Shown piece after piece: positions 49,933 to 64,000 of a DNA stretch of 64,000 nucleotides. Position 1 is the first letter of the stretch; each line of letters begins with the position of its first letter. The position numbers and the translations under genes are program-made. Below the pieces are notes generated by a model, which was not told the origin of the DNA, ran no database searches, and saw only the letters and a program-made list of their open reading frames with translations. The DNA is from the human T2T-CHM13v2.0 reference genome, Homo sapiens: the NCBI RefSeq assembly GCF_009914755.1, contig NC_060925.1, one strand, 5' to 3'.

Positions 49933-50792
49933 TAATTTTTTTTTTTTAATTTTTTGTAGAAACAGGGTCTCACTTTGTTGCCCAAGATGGTCTTGAACTC
50001 CTGGACTCTGGGCTCAAGTGATCCTCCTGCCTTGGCCTCCCAAAGTGCTGGGATTACCAGCATGAGCCAGTCCGCCTGGCCTATATCCTATTTTCAAGTT
50101 AATTTTTATTTTATCAAAGTAATCATGTTGCTTTCTCACCACATTACGTCTTGGAGGTTTATCCGTGACAATGTGTGGATCTTCATTTTCTCTGCTGTCC
50201 ACTGTCTGAACGTAGTGCTGTGTTAGGGGCTAGGGATGCAGCAGAGGGCAGATGCCACTCAGATGGAGCCTCCCTCGTAGTGGGGAAGAAAGAGAAACAG
50301 GCCTGAATTACAGTCAGCTGGGCTAGAAGAAGCCAGGGCCCCTCAGAAGGGGTAGGCCAAAGCTCCTAGAAGCTGAGCCCTTAAGGATGACTGGGAGTTT
50401 GCTGGGTGAACAAACAAATCCCAGGTTAGGGGTCCTACGTGCAGAAGCCTTTGAGAAACGATGGCTCCTCGTGTCTGAGGCCAGGCTCTCTCTGTAGGTG
50501 AGGGTGTGAGGAGACTTGGGCGTTGGAACTCTCCTGCGAGGTGGTATGCGTTGGAACCCTGATCTCTGGGACTGTCCTGTATATTCGAGTCACCGATAAT
50601 CAGTGCTCACCGGGGTTCAGCCTCAGAGGAGGGAGTGGAGCGGAGCTCGTGGTTAAGCAGTGTCTGCTTCTGCCCCCGCGCCTGGTCACCTGCCTCCTTC
50701 CTCACTCGCGGAGCAGGAGTGATCACGGTGCCTGCGTGCAGGGTCTTTGTGAGTATGGGGAGGAGCGGCGCGGGCCGGGGCTGCTGTCAGCG

Positions 50793-53373
<2,581 letters not shown>

Positions 53374-54676
53374 CGTGCTGCTCCATGTTCTCCAGGTGTT
53401 CTTCCCTTTTATCGTCACAGTTACCCCGTACACCTGACAACTGGACATCTGCGCCTGGGGGTCTTCAGCCTAAACACACCTAAACCCTCCACCAAACCCC
53501 TCTGCTTCCGCCTCCCCGTGTCTGTGAGCGCCTCCACTGCCCATCCCTCTGCTCAGGCCCCACTTCCAGGGCTCATGTTGGGGGCCTCCATTTTGCTCAC
53601 ACCCACCCCATCTGTCAGCAGGTCCAGTCAATCCTGACTCTGGGGTGCCTCTCCCTCCCCTCCAGCTCCTGTACTGCCCATTAGTCCAGGCCCTGTCGTC
53701 TCTGCTGGGCAGCTGTGCAGCCTCTTCCTTGCCTTCCCTGCATCTGCACCCATTCTCCCCCCAAGACCAGGGGTCGATCCCCAATATAGGTCAGGTCTCA
53801 TCTTCTCCTGCCTCAGATCCTCCAGTGTCCCCCCTACAACTGATCTTAGAAAAAAGTCCAGCCTCTTCGCCTTATCCTGCAAGACCCCTGATCTCCTCTC
53901 CAGCCTCACCGCTGTCCCCACTCTTTGCTCACCTCCATCTGGCCCCCAGCACACCAAGTTCCTTCCTGCCTCGGGGCTTTGGCACCTGAGGGTCCCTGCA
54001 GCTGAGATGCTTTCTCCCTGGCTTTTTGCGAGGCTGGCTCTTCAGGTCTCGGAGGGGCCTTTTCATTACCCTCTGTCACAACTGCTCTGTAATTTTGTTT
54101 ACTTCCTTTTCTCTTCTTCCCACTTTCCCTCCCTCCCACTCCCCTGCACATTGCCTGGCACAGGTGTGCGCCCGGTAGTGAGGTGGCACTTGTTAGTCTC
54201 ATCCAAGGGCAGGATGCAGGAACAAAAGTCAAGTAACTTACCCAAGATCACATGCTAGTAAGTGGCAGTCATACTCTGGGGTGCTGCAGCCCCCGCCATG
54301 GTGCCATAGCCCCCACAGTGCCGAGCCTCCTACTGGCAGTGGCCAGGCAGGGCGGGGCGAGGGGCTGGCCAGTATCTACAGAGGCAATCTGGCCTTTGCT
54401 GGGAATAGAGCTTTCTTCATGTGGATTTCTGTAGAGGCTCACGGATTTGACGCCTTCTCTTACAGTAGTTCTCATTGACAGAGGTGGCTTCAAGACTTCC
54501 TCCCTCCCTTCTCGTGGTGAGGTTGGCTTTGGTGTGCACCATTTTTATAGGCCCTGTGGACTGGGGGAAGAGGATGCAGGATGAATGTGCGGGCTGGGGT
54601 TTTGGTGCACCTCGGGGAGATCTGATGTTCTGGCCTCTCTTTAGATCCTCCCCACTTCTCCACCTCCCTCCACCAG

Positions 54677-54946
54677 GCCGCACCAGCTTCTATGAGGAGT
54701 ACGGTGTCATTCGCGACGTCCTCCAGAACCATCTGACGGAGGTCCTCACCCTCGTGGCCATGGAGCTGCCCCACAATGTCAGCAGTGCGGAGGCTGTGCT
54801 GCGGCACAAGCTTCAGGTCTTCCAGGCGCTGCGGGGCCTGCAGAGGGGCAGTGCCGTCGTGGGCCAGTACCAGTCTTACAGTGAGCAGGTGCGCAGAGAG
54901 CTGCAGAAGCCAGACAGCTTCCACAGCCTGACGCCGACCTTCGCAG
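54677..54946 (+). CDS. H6PD: H6PD exon 4 (GRTSFYEEYGVIRDVLQNHL...TPTFA)
   Basis: Acceptor ctccaccag|GC and donor GCAG|gtgggc; 270 nt. G6PD motif IRDVxQNHL and sequon NVS. Confidence 0.97.
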
Positions 54947-56126
54947 GTGGGCCCTGGGGCTGGGCATGGGGCACTGGGCTGCCCACTTCGCCGGGAGCAG
55001 CTTTCCAAATGCAGACGCCCTTGGGTGGAGTGGAGGGGACTTGAGGTGGGATTTCCCCCAGGGTGCTCGGAGGCAAGGATGGCATTCCCCTGTCTCCCTG
55101 GCCTCCTACCAGCCTAAAGTGGCAGGCCAGCTGGTGGTGCCCTCAGGGCGAAGGACATCCCAATGGCCATGGCCTCGTGTCAGCCCCAGTTCAGTCCCAG
55201 ATGCTTCCCAAGGGTTTGTCGTGCGAGGCTCAGACAGACCTGGTTCCTGCCTCATAGGGTCTCCCCAGTGAGGCCGCAAGCCTTTTGCCTGGCCACAGCT
55301 GGAGACACTTCCAGCGGCCAAGTGCCATGCCAGGGCTGTCCTCTGGGCAGTTCCAGAGACCCAGGGCTTTCTGGGAGAGGCTGGCTCCTCACCAGGTAGC
55401 AGCCAGGCAGTAAGAGCCACAGCTGCCTGTTGAGCACGCGCCGTATGCCAGGTGCTTTATAGATGCCTCTCATACAAGCCTCACGCACCAACCACGAGGC
55501 AGGGGCCATTAGCCCCGTTTTACAGGTGAGGAAACGTAAGGCTCGGTGAAGTCGTCAGAATGAACCAGGCTTGGAACTTGGGCATGGAATACTGTCAGCC
55601 CCTGGCTCTTGCCACCAGGCCTTGTCCCTCCTTGCCAACACCCCACCCACGGGCCTCTGCTTGGTGACTCTCTCCTCACCCCGCACCTCTGACCCTGCGT
55701 CGGGTGCATCCTGAATGCTTCACAAGCAGGAGGGAAGCACGTTTCTCTGTAGGACCCCCTGACCCCTCAAATACCTAAGAGTCAGGGTCCCCCACCCCAC
55801 TTGCCCCCACTGTGGGGCGTCCTTTAGAGTCTCCAGGTTGGATGCTCTCAGCCCGGTTCTCCTTTCCTGGGGGACCATAACTCTAAGAGGGGCCTCAATG
55901 AAGGCAGGTGTCAAAGCCATAGAGATAGCCCCAGAGGCCGGTTTTCAAGCATGGACTGGGAAGAGAAGGTCATGGAAGAGATGCCAGGCGAGGGGTGAGC
56001 ATGGCAAGGCGAGGGCCTTCCCTGAGGCAGGGGGACGCCCAGAGGAGCCGGCAAGGAGAGGAGAGGGCTGGCCGGAGAGTCCTGGTCTGTGCCAGAGAGT
56101 CACCCTCTGCTGTTCCCTCACCCCAG

Positions 56127-57487
56127 CCGTCCTAGTGCACATTGACAACCTTCGCTGGGAGGGCGTGCCTTTCATCCTGATGTCTGGCAAAGCCTTGGAC
56201 GAGAGAGTGGGCTACGCTCGGATCTTGTTCAAGAACCAGGCCTGCTGTGTGCAGAGCGAAAAGCACTGGGCCGCGGCGCAGAGCCAGTGCCTGCCCCGGC
56301 AGCTCGTCTTCCACATCGGCCATGGCGACCTGGGCAGCCCTGCCGTGCTGGTCAGCAGGAACCTGTTCAGGCCCTCCCTGCCCTCCAGCTGGAAGGAAAT
56401 GGAGGGACCACCTGGGCTCCGCCTTTTCGGCAGCCCTCTGTCCGATTACTACGCCTACAGCCCTGTGCAGGAGCGGGACGCCCACTCCGTCCTCTTATCC
56501 CATATCTTCCATGGCCGGAAGAATTTCTTCATCACCACAGAGAACTTGCTGGCCTCCTGGAACTTCTGGACCCCTCTGCTGGAGAGCCTGGCCCATAAGG
56601 CCCCACGCCTCTACCCTGGAGGAGCTGAGAATGGCCGTCTGTTGGACTTTGAGTTCAGTAGCGGCCGGTTGTTCTTTTCCCAGCAGCAGCCGGAGCAGCT
56701 GGTGCCAGGGCCAGGGCCGGCCCCAATGCCCAGTGACTTCCAGGTCCTCAGGGCCAAGTACCGAGAGAGCCCGCTGGTCTCCGCCTGGTCCGAGGAGCTG
56801 ATCTCTAAGCTGGCTAATGACATCGAGGCCACCGCTGTGCGAGCCGTGCGGCGCTTTGGCCAGTTCCACCTGGCACTGTCGGGGGGCTCGAGCCCCGTGG
56901 CCCTGTTCCAGCAGCTGGCCACGGCGCACTATGGCTTCCCCTGGGCCCACACGCACCTGTGGCTGGTTGACGAGCGCTGCGTCCCACTCTCAGACCCGGA
57001 GTCCAACTTCCAGGGCCTGCAGGCCCACCTGCTGCAGCACGTCCGGATCCCCTACTACAACATCCACCCCATGCCTGTGCACCTGCAGCAGCGGCTCTGC
57101 GCCGAGGAGGACCAGGGCGCCCAGATCTATGCCAGGGAGATCTCAGCCCTGGTGGCCAACAGCAGCTTCGACCTGGTGCTGCTGGGCATGGGTGCCGACG
57201 GGCACACAGCCTCCCTCTTCCCACAGTCACCCACTGGCCTGGATGGCGAGCAGCTGGTCGTGCTGACCACGAGCCCCTCCCAGCCACACCGCCGCATGAG
57301 CCTTAGCCTGCCTCTCATCAACCGCGCCAAGAAGGTGGCAGTCCTGGTCATGGGCAGGATGAAGCGTGAGATCACCACGCTGGTGAGCCGGGTGGGCCAT
57401 GAGCCCAAGAAGTGGCCCATCTCGGGTGTCCTGCCGCACTCCGGCCAGCTGGTGTGGTACATGGACTACGACGCCTTCCTGGGATGA
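56127..57487 (+). CDS. H6PD: H6PD exon 5 coding part: end of dehydrogenase domain, linker, whole 6-phosphogluconolactonase domain
   Basis: Acceptor ctcaccccag|CC. Motifs RWEGVPF, LSGGSSP, DERCVP and LLGMGADGHTASLFP; TGA at 57485-57487. Total CDS 627+118+270+1361=2376 nt. Confidence 0.98.
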
Positions 57488-58262
57488 GGGCGCCTGTGCC
57501 CCTTGCCCGCTTCGCTCCTGTGCTTTCCTTCGCCCGTGTCTTCCCTCCCTTCTCGGCCCCGCCACCTGCCCAGCGTGCCCTGGCTCTCCAGAACCTTCTA
57601 TCCCACAGTCAGGCCCCAGAGAGGGCAGGACAAGCCTTGTCCCGATGCCTTTGACCGGCAGCTCTGTGTATTGGTGGATAGATGCAGAAACAAGGAAGAA
57701 ATGGAGTCTGCTCCTGAGAAGCTTCAAATTCAGGCCAGGAGAGAAGTCTTAAGAAAAGACCTCCAGCAGTTACACATTCATATCAACCAGCACAACACGG
57801 GATGGCGCCCAAACTCCGGCGTTCACAAGAGGAGACGTGACGTGGTGGGCTGAGGTTAATCAGGGAAGGTTTCCTGGGGGAGGTGATCCTTGAACTGGCT
57901 CCCGGGGAACATTCAGAGCATGATTGGTAGACAGAAGGGTGCAGAGGCGCCCAGGGGAGTACATTGCCCCGTGCAAAGCAGGGGCATTGGGGACTGTCTT
58001 GAGACCCTGAGGGGGTCAAGCCCCTCCTTCCCCAGCTGCCCCTCCTTCTAGAACCTCTGCACATCTAGCCTCTGGCCCTCCTCTTCACTGCCTCCACCTG
58101 CTCCCGCTTGCCATCCCTGTCTCCTCCATCCTGGCTGTGCAGTAGGAATTCCAGGCTCCTCCCTGTGTCTTTGCTGTTCTTCAGACTCCATTTATAGAGA
58201 ATGAGGGCTGATAACAGGAATACAGTGGCAAAGATTAGACTGTGGAAAGGGTTCCAGAAATC

Positions 58263-58412
58263 TTTTTTTCTTTTTTAATTAAAAAAAATATTTGCAGAGA
58301 TGAGCTCTTGCTATGTTGCCCAGGCTGGTCTCAAACTCCTGGGCTCAAGCGATCCTCCCATCTCAGCCTCCCAGAGTGCTGGGATTACAGGTGTGAGCTA
58401 CTGCGCCCAGCC
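58263..58412 (-). mobile_element. Alu monomer (FLAM-like) in 3'UTR
   Basis: Left-arm consensus only; TSD CCAGAAATCT at 58254 and 58413. Confidence 0.85.
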
Positions 58413-59447
58413 CCAGAAATCTCAGTGCTGTTTGGAGCTCCATTTCTCATTTGATGACTTGCTCTGCGTGGGGAGGTGGGGTCTCATTCCCCCAACTTCC
58501 TCAGGGAGGACCCCTGCCCTCCGCTGCTCCTCTGTCCTGCTAGCCTTCCTCCAGGAAGCACACTGGGTGCAGATAATCAGGACATTCCAGAGATCCCCAA
58601 TTTAAGAGGGTCATTTCCATCTCAGGGGACTCCCGGATGGGTGTTTCCGCTCTCAATAGCCCCTCTTGTTTTACCAGGAAAGATCCAGTTAAATCACCCA
58701 CTGAGGTGACAGCTCATTAGCGGGGAGAGAGATGGAGCATCGAGTGACACTGGGCCATCCAGGCGGCTCTGCTCCCACCAGACAGGAGCTAGGCCTCACT
58801 GGCAGGGGGGCTGCCCACAGCCTTTTCAGGGGCTCGCTTGGCGGGTGACGGGGCCGCAGCCAGGCCTTCTCTCCCTGCCCCTTGGTGACCCCGTGGCTTC
58901 CTGTCTGCTGGCCTCTCCTGCTACTTATCACTTCACCACGAACTCTCTGCCTGAGACTGGGGAAGTAAGCGGGTATCTTCTCAGTGAGCATAGGTTGGGG
59001 ACTGTGATCTTGAGAAGCCATGGGCCAGCAATACCTGCTTTTCTGAAGCCCCCAAGGAGGGCTCTGACATTCTTTTTAAAAACACCACAAAGCAAAATTC
59101 CCAGGACATGTGTAGTTTTGTTTGTTCAGTATCCCACAACTTAAGGCTGGGAGATGGAACTCTTGGTTAAGGTCGATTTTTCTGTCTGGCTTCTCCGCAC
59201 CTTCCACTTGCTCTCTGGATCAGGCAGATATAAACTTTCTAGCGCATTTTGAGAGAGGGCTTTCTTGGGTGAGGGAGCATGGCAAAGTCGGTTTCTCTCT
59301 GGACTGTTTACACTTCAAGGCGGTGGATTTAGAGGAATCCTGGCTTTCATTTTCAATGCCAGTCTGAGACATGTTCCCAAGCCGGGGCTCTTGTTCACAC
59401 CACTTACTCTGGCCACCAACAACAACCCAGGCCAGACAGAGCATCTC

Positions 59448-59773
<326 letters not shown>

Positions 59774-60580
59774 TAGGACAGAACCACGGTGCCCAGAGCC
59801 AGGAAGCCGCCCTCCTGGCGCCCAGCATCTGAGCTTCTACACGTGATGGGCGGGCTCAGGAGAGGACAGGGAGTCGTGGTGGAAGTTCCACAGCTGGCCG
59901 CGTGGGGGGGCCCTTGCACCGCACTGCCGCCTCCTGACTGCCCCGATCCCCGCAGCCCCTGTGCCGGATTTCATTTCCCTCCTCTCTCCCAGGGTACCTG
60001 GCCCCAGCACTCTCCCATCTGTTCTTCAGGAACCGACTCCTCTCCAGTTGCAACACCAGGGAGAAAGGGGCCTCCACATGCCCAAGTACCCCTGCAGGAT
60101 GAAGGGCAGGCCGGCCCTTGATGTGCCATTTCTGAATAATAGTCACTGCCGCCGAGTCTAGGATGTCCTGTTCTAACTCAGCCCTGCCTCGGATGCACCA
60201 CCGATCTGTGCAGAGTGGGTGTGGGAGTGTGGGTGAGGGTCGAAATGCCAAAGGTCTACTTTCCAGAATCAAGTGCCTTCTGCAAATCATGTTGGAAAAG
60301 TCCAAACCTGGAGATGTCCCTGTGCCTCCGCCCCTACCCACCCCTTTTCCTTCAGCTGTGTTAGGAAGGAGAAGTTTTCAGAACCCTCTAGGCTGGTGGC
60401 TTTCAAACTTCAGACCATGATCTGCAGCAAGAAACGTGCCTTCCATCATAAATCAGTCCATTTGTTTACAACTGTGTTCCAAGCAGGTTTCATAAAGAAA
60501 TTCTTAACCTTAGAACCTCGGATATCCTCTATGTTTTAGTTTTCATTTTTTTAAAATGCTTCTTAAAATTCACTAAATTG

Positions 60581-60875
60581 GGCTAGGTGTGGCTCATGCC
60601 TGTAATCCCAGCACTATGGGAGGCTGAGGTGAGAGGATCACTTAAGCCCAGAAGGTTGAAACCAGCCTGGGCAACATAGTGAGACCCCATCTCTACAAAA
60701 AGTTTTAAAACCAGGTATGGTGGTGCCCTCCTGTGGTCCCAGCTACTCGGGAGTCTGAGGTGGGAGGATCACCTGAGCCCAGGAGACTGAGGCTGCAGTA
60801 AGGTGTGATTGCACTATTGCTCTCTAGCCTGGAAAACAGAGTGAGACCCTATCTCAAAAAAAAAAAAAAAAAAAA
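60581..60875 (+). mobile_element. Sense Alu (AluJ-like) in 3'UTR
   Basis: Full-length with A20 tail. Confidence 0.92.
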
Positions 60876-63544
60876 GGAAAGAGTGATGACAACAGCCCAG
60901 GGAGCAGCCCCGCTCAGAACCCAAGTCCCAAGTTCCAGCACTGTGTTCCCAGGCAGGCTGTTTGCCTCTTCCTGGTCTGGAAGCCCTTGGGTCCTATGGT
61001 GGCGGCAGCTCCCACAGTCCAGGTTCCCTGGTGGGGACCAATGATTCCATCCGCATGGAAGCCCACGTGTGCACTTAGGGGCCCATAAATGGCAGAAGGG
61101 CCCCTCCTTTGGGAGACCTTGTCAGTCAGCATCTCTAGGGCAACCGTGATTGCCATTTGTAGAGGGGAAGGAATCAAGGGACTTTAAGCTAGATCAAAAT
61201 CTGGGGACAAATTCTCCTGCTAACTGCAAGTTAAAATAGGCCCTTCTTACTGAATTTCCCTGTTTGTTTCTCTGCAGACAATGCTTTAGCCCTACTCTTG
61301 GGCCCCCAAGTTAGCAGAGTAATCAAAGCTTCCTACCGTTTGGCCTACTATTCCAGACTAGTCCCTCGAGGGGTTCCCTTCCAAAATATGCAGGGCTCAG
61401 GCTCCCAATTCCGGGCCTGTCTGCTTTGCTTGTGTTTCTCCTGTCCCTGTTCTCCCGGAGGGCCCAGGTGGAACTCACGACAGGGAGGGAGACGCTTCCC
61501 AAAAACCTGCAGGGCTATTTCCCAGAATTTGGTTTTCAAGTACAAAACTTTTTGTCCTGTAAGATATATGCAGCCTCACAGAAGCAGCCTCTGCCTCCAC
61601 TTTACCAGCTACGTTTTTATCTTAAGCACATGGGGCTCCCTTAGAACTTACTCCACTGATTTAAAAAAAGAAAAACTGCCTGGCAGCATCTCAGTGTCAG
61701 AGTGAGCACGGCACAGGAAAGGCCCGTGGTGACGAGGGTGAGGTGGCCACAGTGACCGGACGACAAATGAGACTCTGCAAATGAGACTCCAGAGGGTGAA
61801 GATCTGCGGTCTCCAGACATCATAGGCCATGTGACCCACTAGGGGCTGCTTACCCCTGGCCGTCCGCTGGCTGAACTGAACGCATTCCCTCTCTCCGCAA
61901 CTCTCCCGTGAGGCTGCACCCGTGTGGGTAGCACTGGAAGCGGCACTGTTTGCATTGTACATAGGAAGGAAGGAAGTTCTTCCAGCCTCACCAGCACCTG
62001 GCAGCGAGTCAGAGCCTGTGAGGGCATCCGAAGCAGTGATGCAGTGTCAACCTCCCAGCTGGTGCCACTCTGCCCTCGGGGGCTCCAAGCATTGTAACTC
62101 AGTCATGGGAGCTGCCTCTTTGGAAGTGCAGATTTATTCCTGTAATAATCCTGCCTGCTTTTACCTCTCGTCCACTGACCAGCAAGTGTGAGTCCCGGTG
62201 TCAGTCGGCACAGTCCAGTGTCCATCTGCATTTGCTCATGCAGAGGGGGTGAGTTGGGCACTCCCTGTTGTTGGTTTTCCTTTTGCAGCACACTGGGCAG
62301 TCTCCCTATAAAACAAAAACCCCACCTTCTGTGCCTTCTGCTTTAGAGCAGAGCTCCCCCTCCCATTTCCTCAGTCTTCCCTGCAAAATCTGTCCACCGG
62401 GGAAGGCAGCAGGAACCCTGGGCAGCGGGTGTTCTGGGAAGGCTAGTGACAGCAGATGTCATCCAGGAACAGCCACACACGGTTCTCCAGGCCGCCGTCA
62501 GCAGCTCAAGGTGGGGTATGAGTGAGAAGCTGAGGATCTCGCAGCTTGTTGCTGAGCAAGGTGCAACCGGGCTCATGCTGTCATCAGCACAAGACGGGAT
62601 GGCAAGGGCTTTCAGACGCATTTCCAAGAGTCCAGCAAGCCAGGGGGAAGATGATCCCTTTGCCGAAGTGTACCCTCTAGCCAACTTTTGGGAGCGCTTC
62701 TGTTTGCAAAGCGCTGGGGATGTGCCTGTCTCTGTGTGACCCACGAACGGGAAGGGAGAGCACTGGAGTAATGACACTTCTGCTGCTGCTTTGATTCTCA
62801 AGGCTGATCTTTAAAACCCTCGCCTTGCTGACAGGTGCTTTAAAGGCAGTCTGCATCTTTTCTTCCCTTGGTGTGGGAGAGGTAAACACTTTGATTTGCT
62901 GAAAGCTGTATGGAGTATATTTGAACAGCTAGTAGTTAGCTTTGAAAGTGGAAGTGTGAACAGACACTACTTGTGTCGCTTTGGGTCCTTCACTTTACCC
63001 CCACAGAAGTCTAGAGGCGTCTGTTATAAAGCGTTACGGGGCGCCTGCATGCAGGAGGAAGGACCTGTATTAGCTGGAAATCATCAGGAACCCAGCTTGC
63101 CTCCATCTCTCTGAGATGTGCTGGGTACAGCCTGCCCCTCCTAGTTCTGTCCACCGGGAAGAGCCGGCTGGCGGCAGATCCCCAGGGGCAGAGCCCCTGC
63201 TGGATCCTGGGAGCTCATCTTTACCTGTGCCGGAGTGGGAACTGTGATTCCAGCCGGGCAGGTCAGAGTGGAGCAGTGCTAAGAGGCTGTTGCAGGACAA
63301 CTAGACGGGCGGGGCCTGCTGCATCTGGATCATGTTTCTGTGCTCTGCCCCGCGCTAGGGACTCAGGGTCTGGGCTTCTGCCAGGTGAGGAGCAGAGAGA
63401 CTGTTCCCTTGGGTGGAGAGGTGTGGGCATGAGAGCCACCCATTGCCAAGCAGCAAGAATGTTCGTGCTTTTTTCCAGAGAGGGGAACCCCACTGGTTTT
63501 TGTGGAAACAATGGAAACTTACAGATGCCTGCCTGGGATGATGA

Positions 63545-63866
<322 letters not shown>

Positions 63867-63933
63867 TAAACCTTTTAAGAACATTTTTAAAATGTCTTTT
63901 TCTATGTCAAATGTAACGTTTATTTTTTTAAAC

Positions 63934-63939
63934 AATAAA
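63934..63939 (+). terminator. H6PD: Polyadenylation signal AATAAA
   Basis: AATAAA preceded by TGTA and U-rich sequence, followed ~12-15 nt later by CA(AAA) and a downstream U-rich tract (ctttaattctttattt). Confidence 0.85.
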
Positions 63940-64000
63940 ATTGATTTGCCAAAATCCGGGCTTTAATTCTTTATTTGGGGCATGAGGTGTAGGGGTTTGT

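Noticed and set aside
56132-57727. Antisense and alternative-frame ORFs over exon 5
   Set aside because: Shadow ORFs of a GC3-rich coding exon.

Overview
Human (primate, Alu-rich) genomic DNA containing the complete H6PD gene (ER-luminal hexose-6-phosphate dehydrogenase/6-phosphogluconolactonase, 1p36) on the + strand, preceded by about 27 kb of repeat-dense intergenic sequence. Gene model read from splice signals: a CpG-island non-coding exon 1 (~27418-27710), an alternative coding first exon ending at 32662 (adds MLAEPFNWHPG), and coding exons 37579-38205, 39610-39727, 54677-54946 and 56127-57487 (2376 nt = 791 aa + stop). A ~6.5 kb 3'UTR ends after AATAAA at 63934. The haplotype encodes Ala151 and Gln453. 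The rest is mostly Alu, L1, L2, MIR, MaLR/ERVL LTR and DNA-transposon fossils, and nearly all other ORFs in the track are repeat artefacts. I found no new protein-coding gene or novel multi-gene system. The most interesting unexplained structures are a duplicated ~190 bp intronic module with a perfect CRE in each copy, a 2.6 kb CpG-decayed GTT-rich satellite in intron 3, a ~580 bp complex TTC/GAA tract, a 207 bp near-perfect hairpin element, a 38-bp G-rich minisatellite, inverted Alus in the 3'UTR, and three miR-34 seed matches in that UTR. Repeat family names are from recall of consensus sequences and repeat boundaries are approximate.
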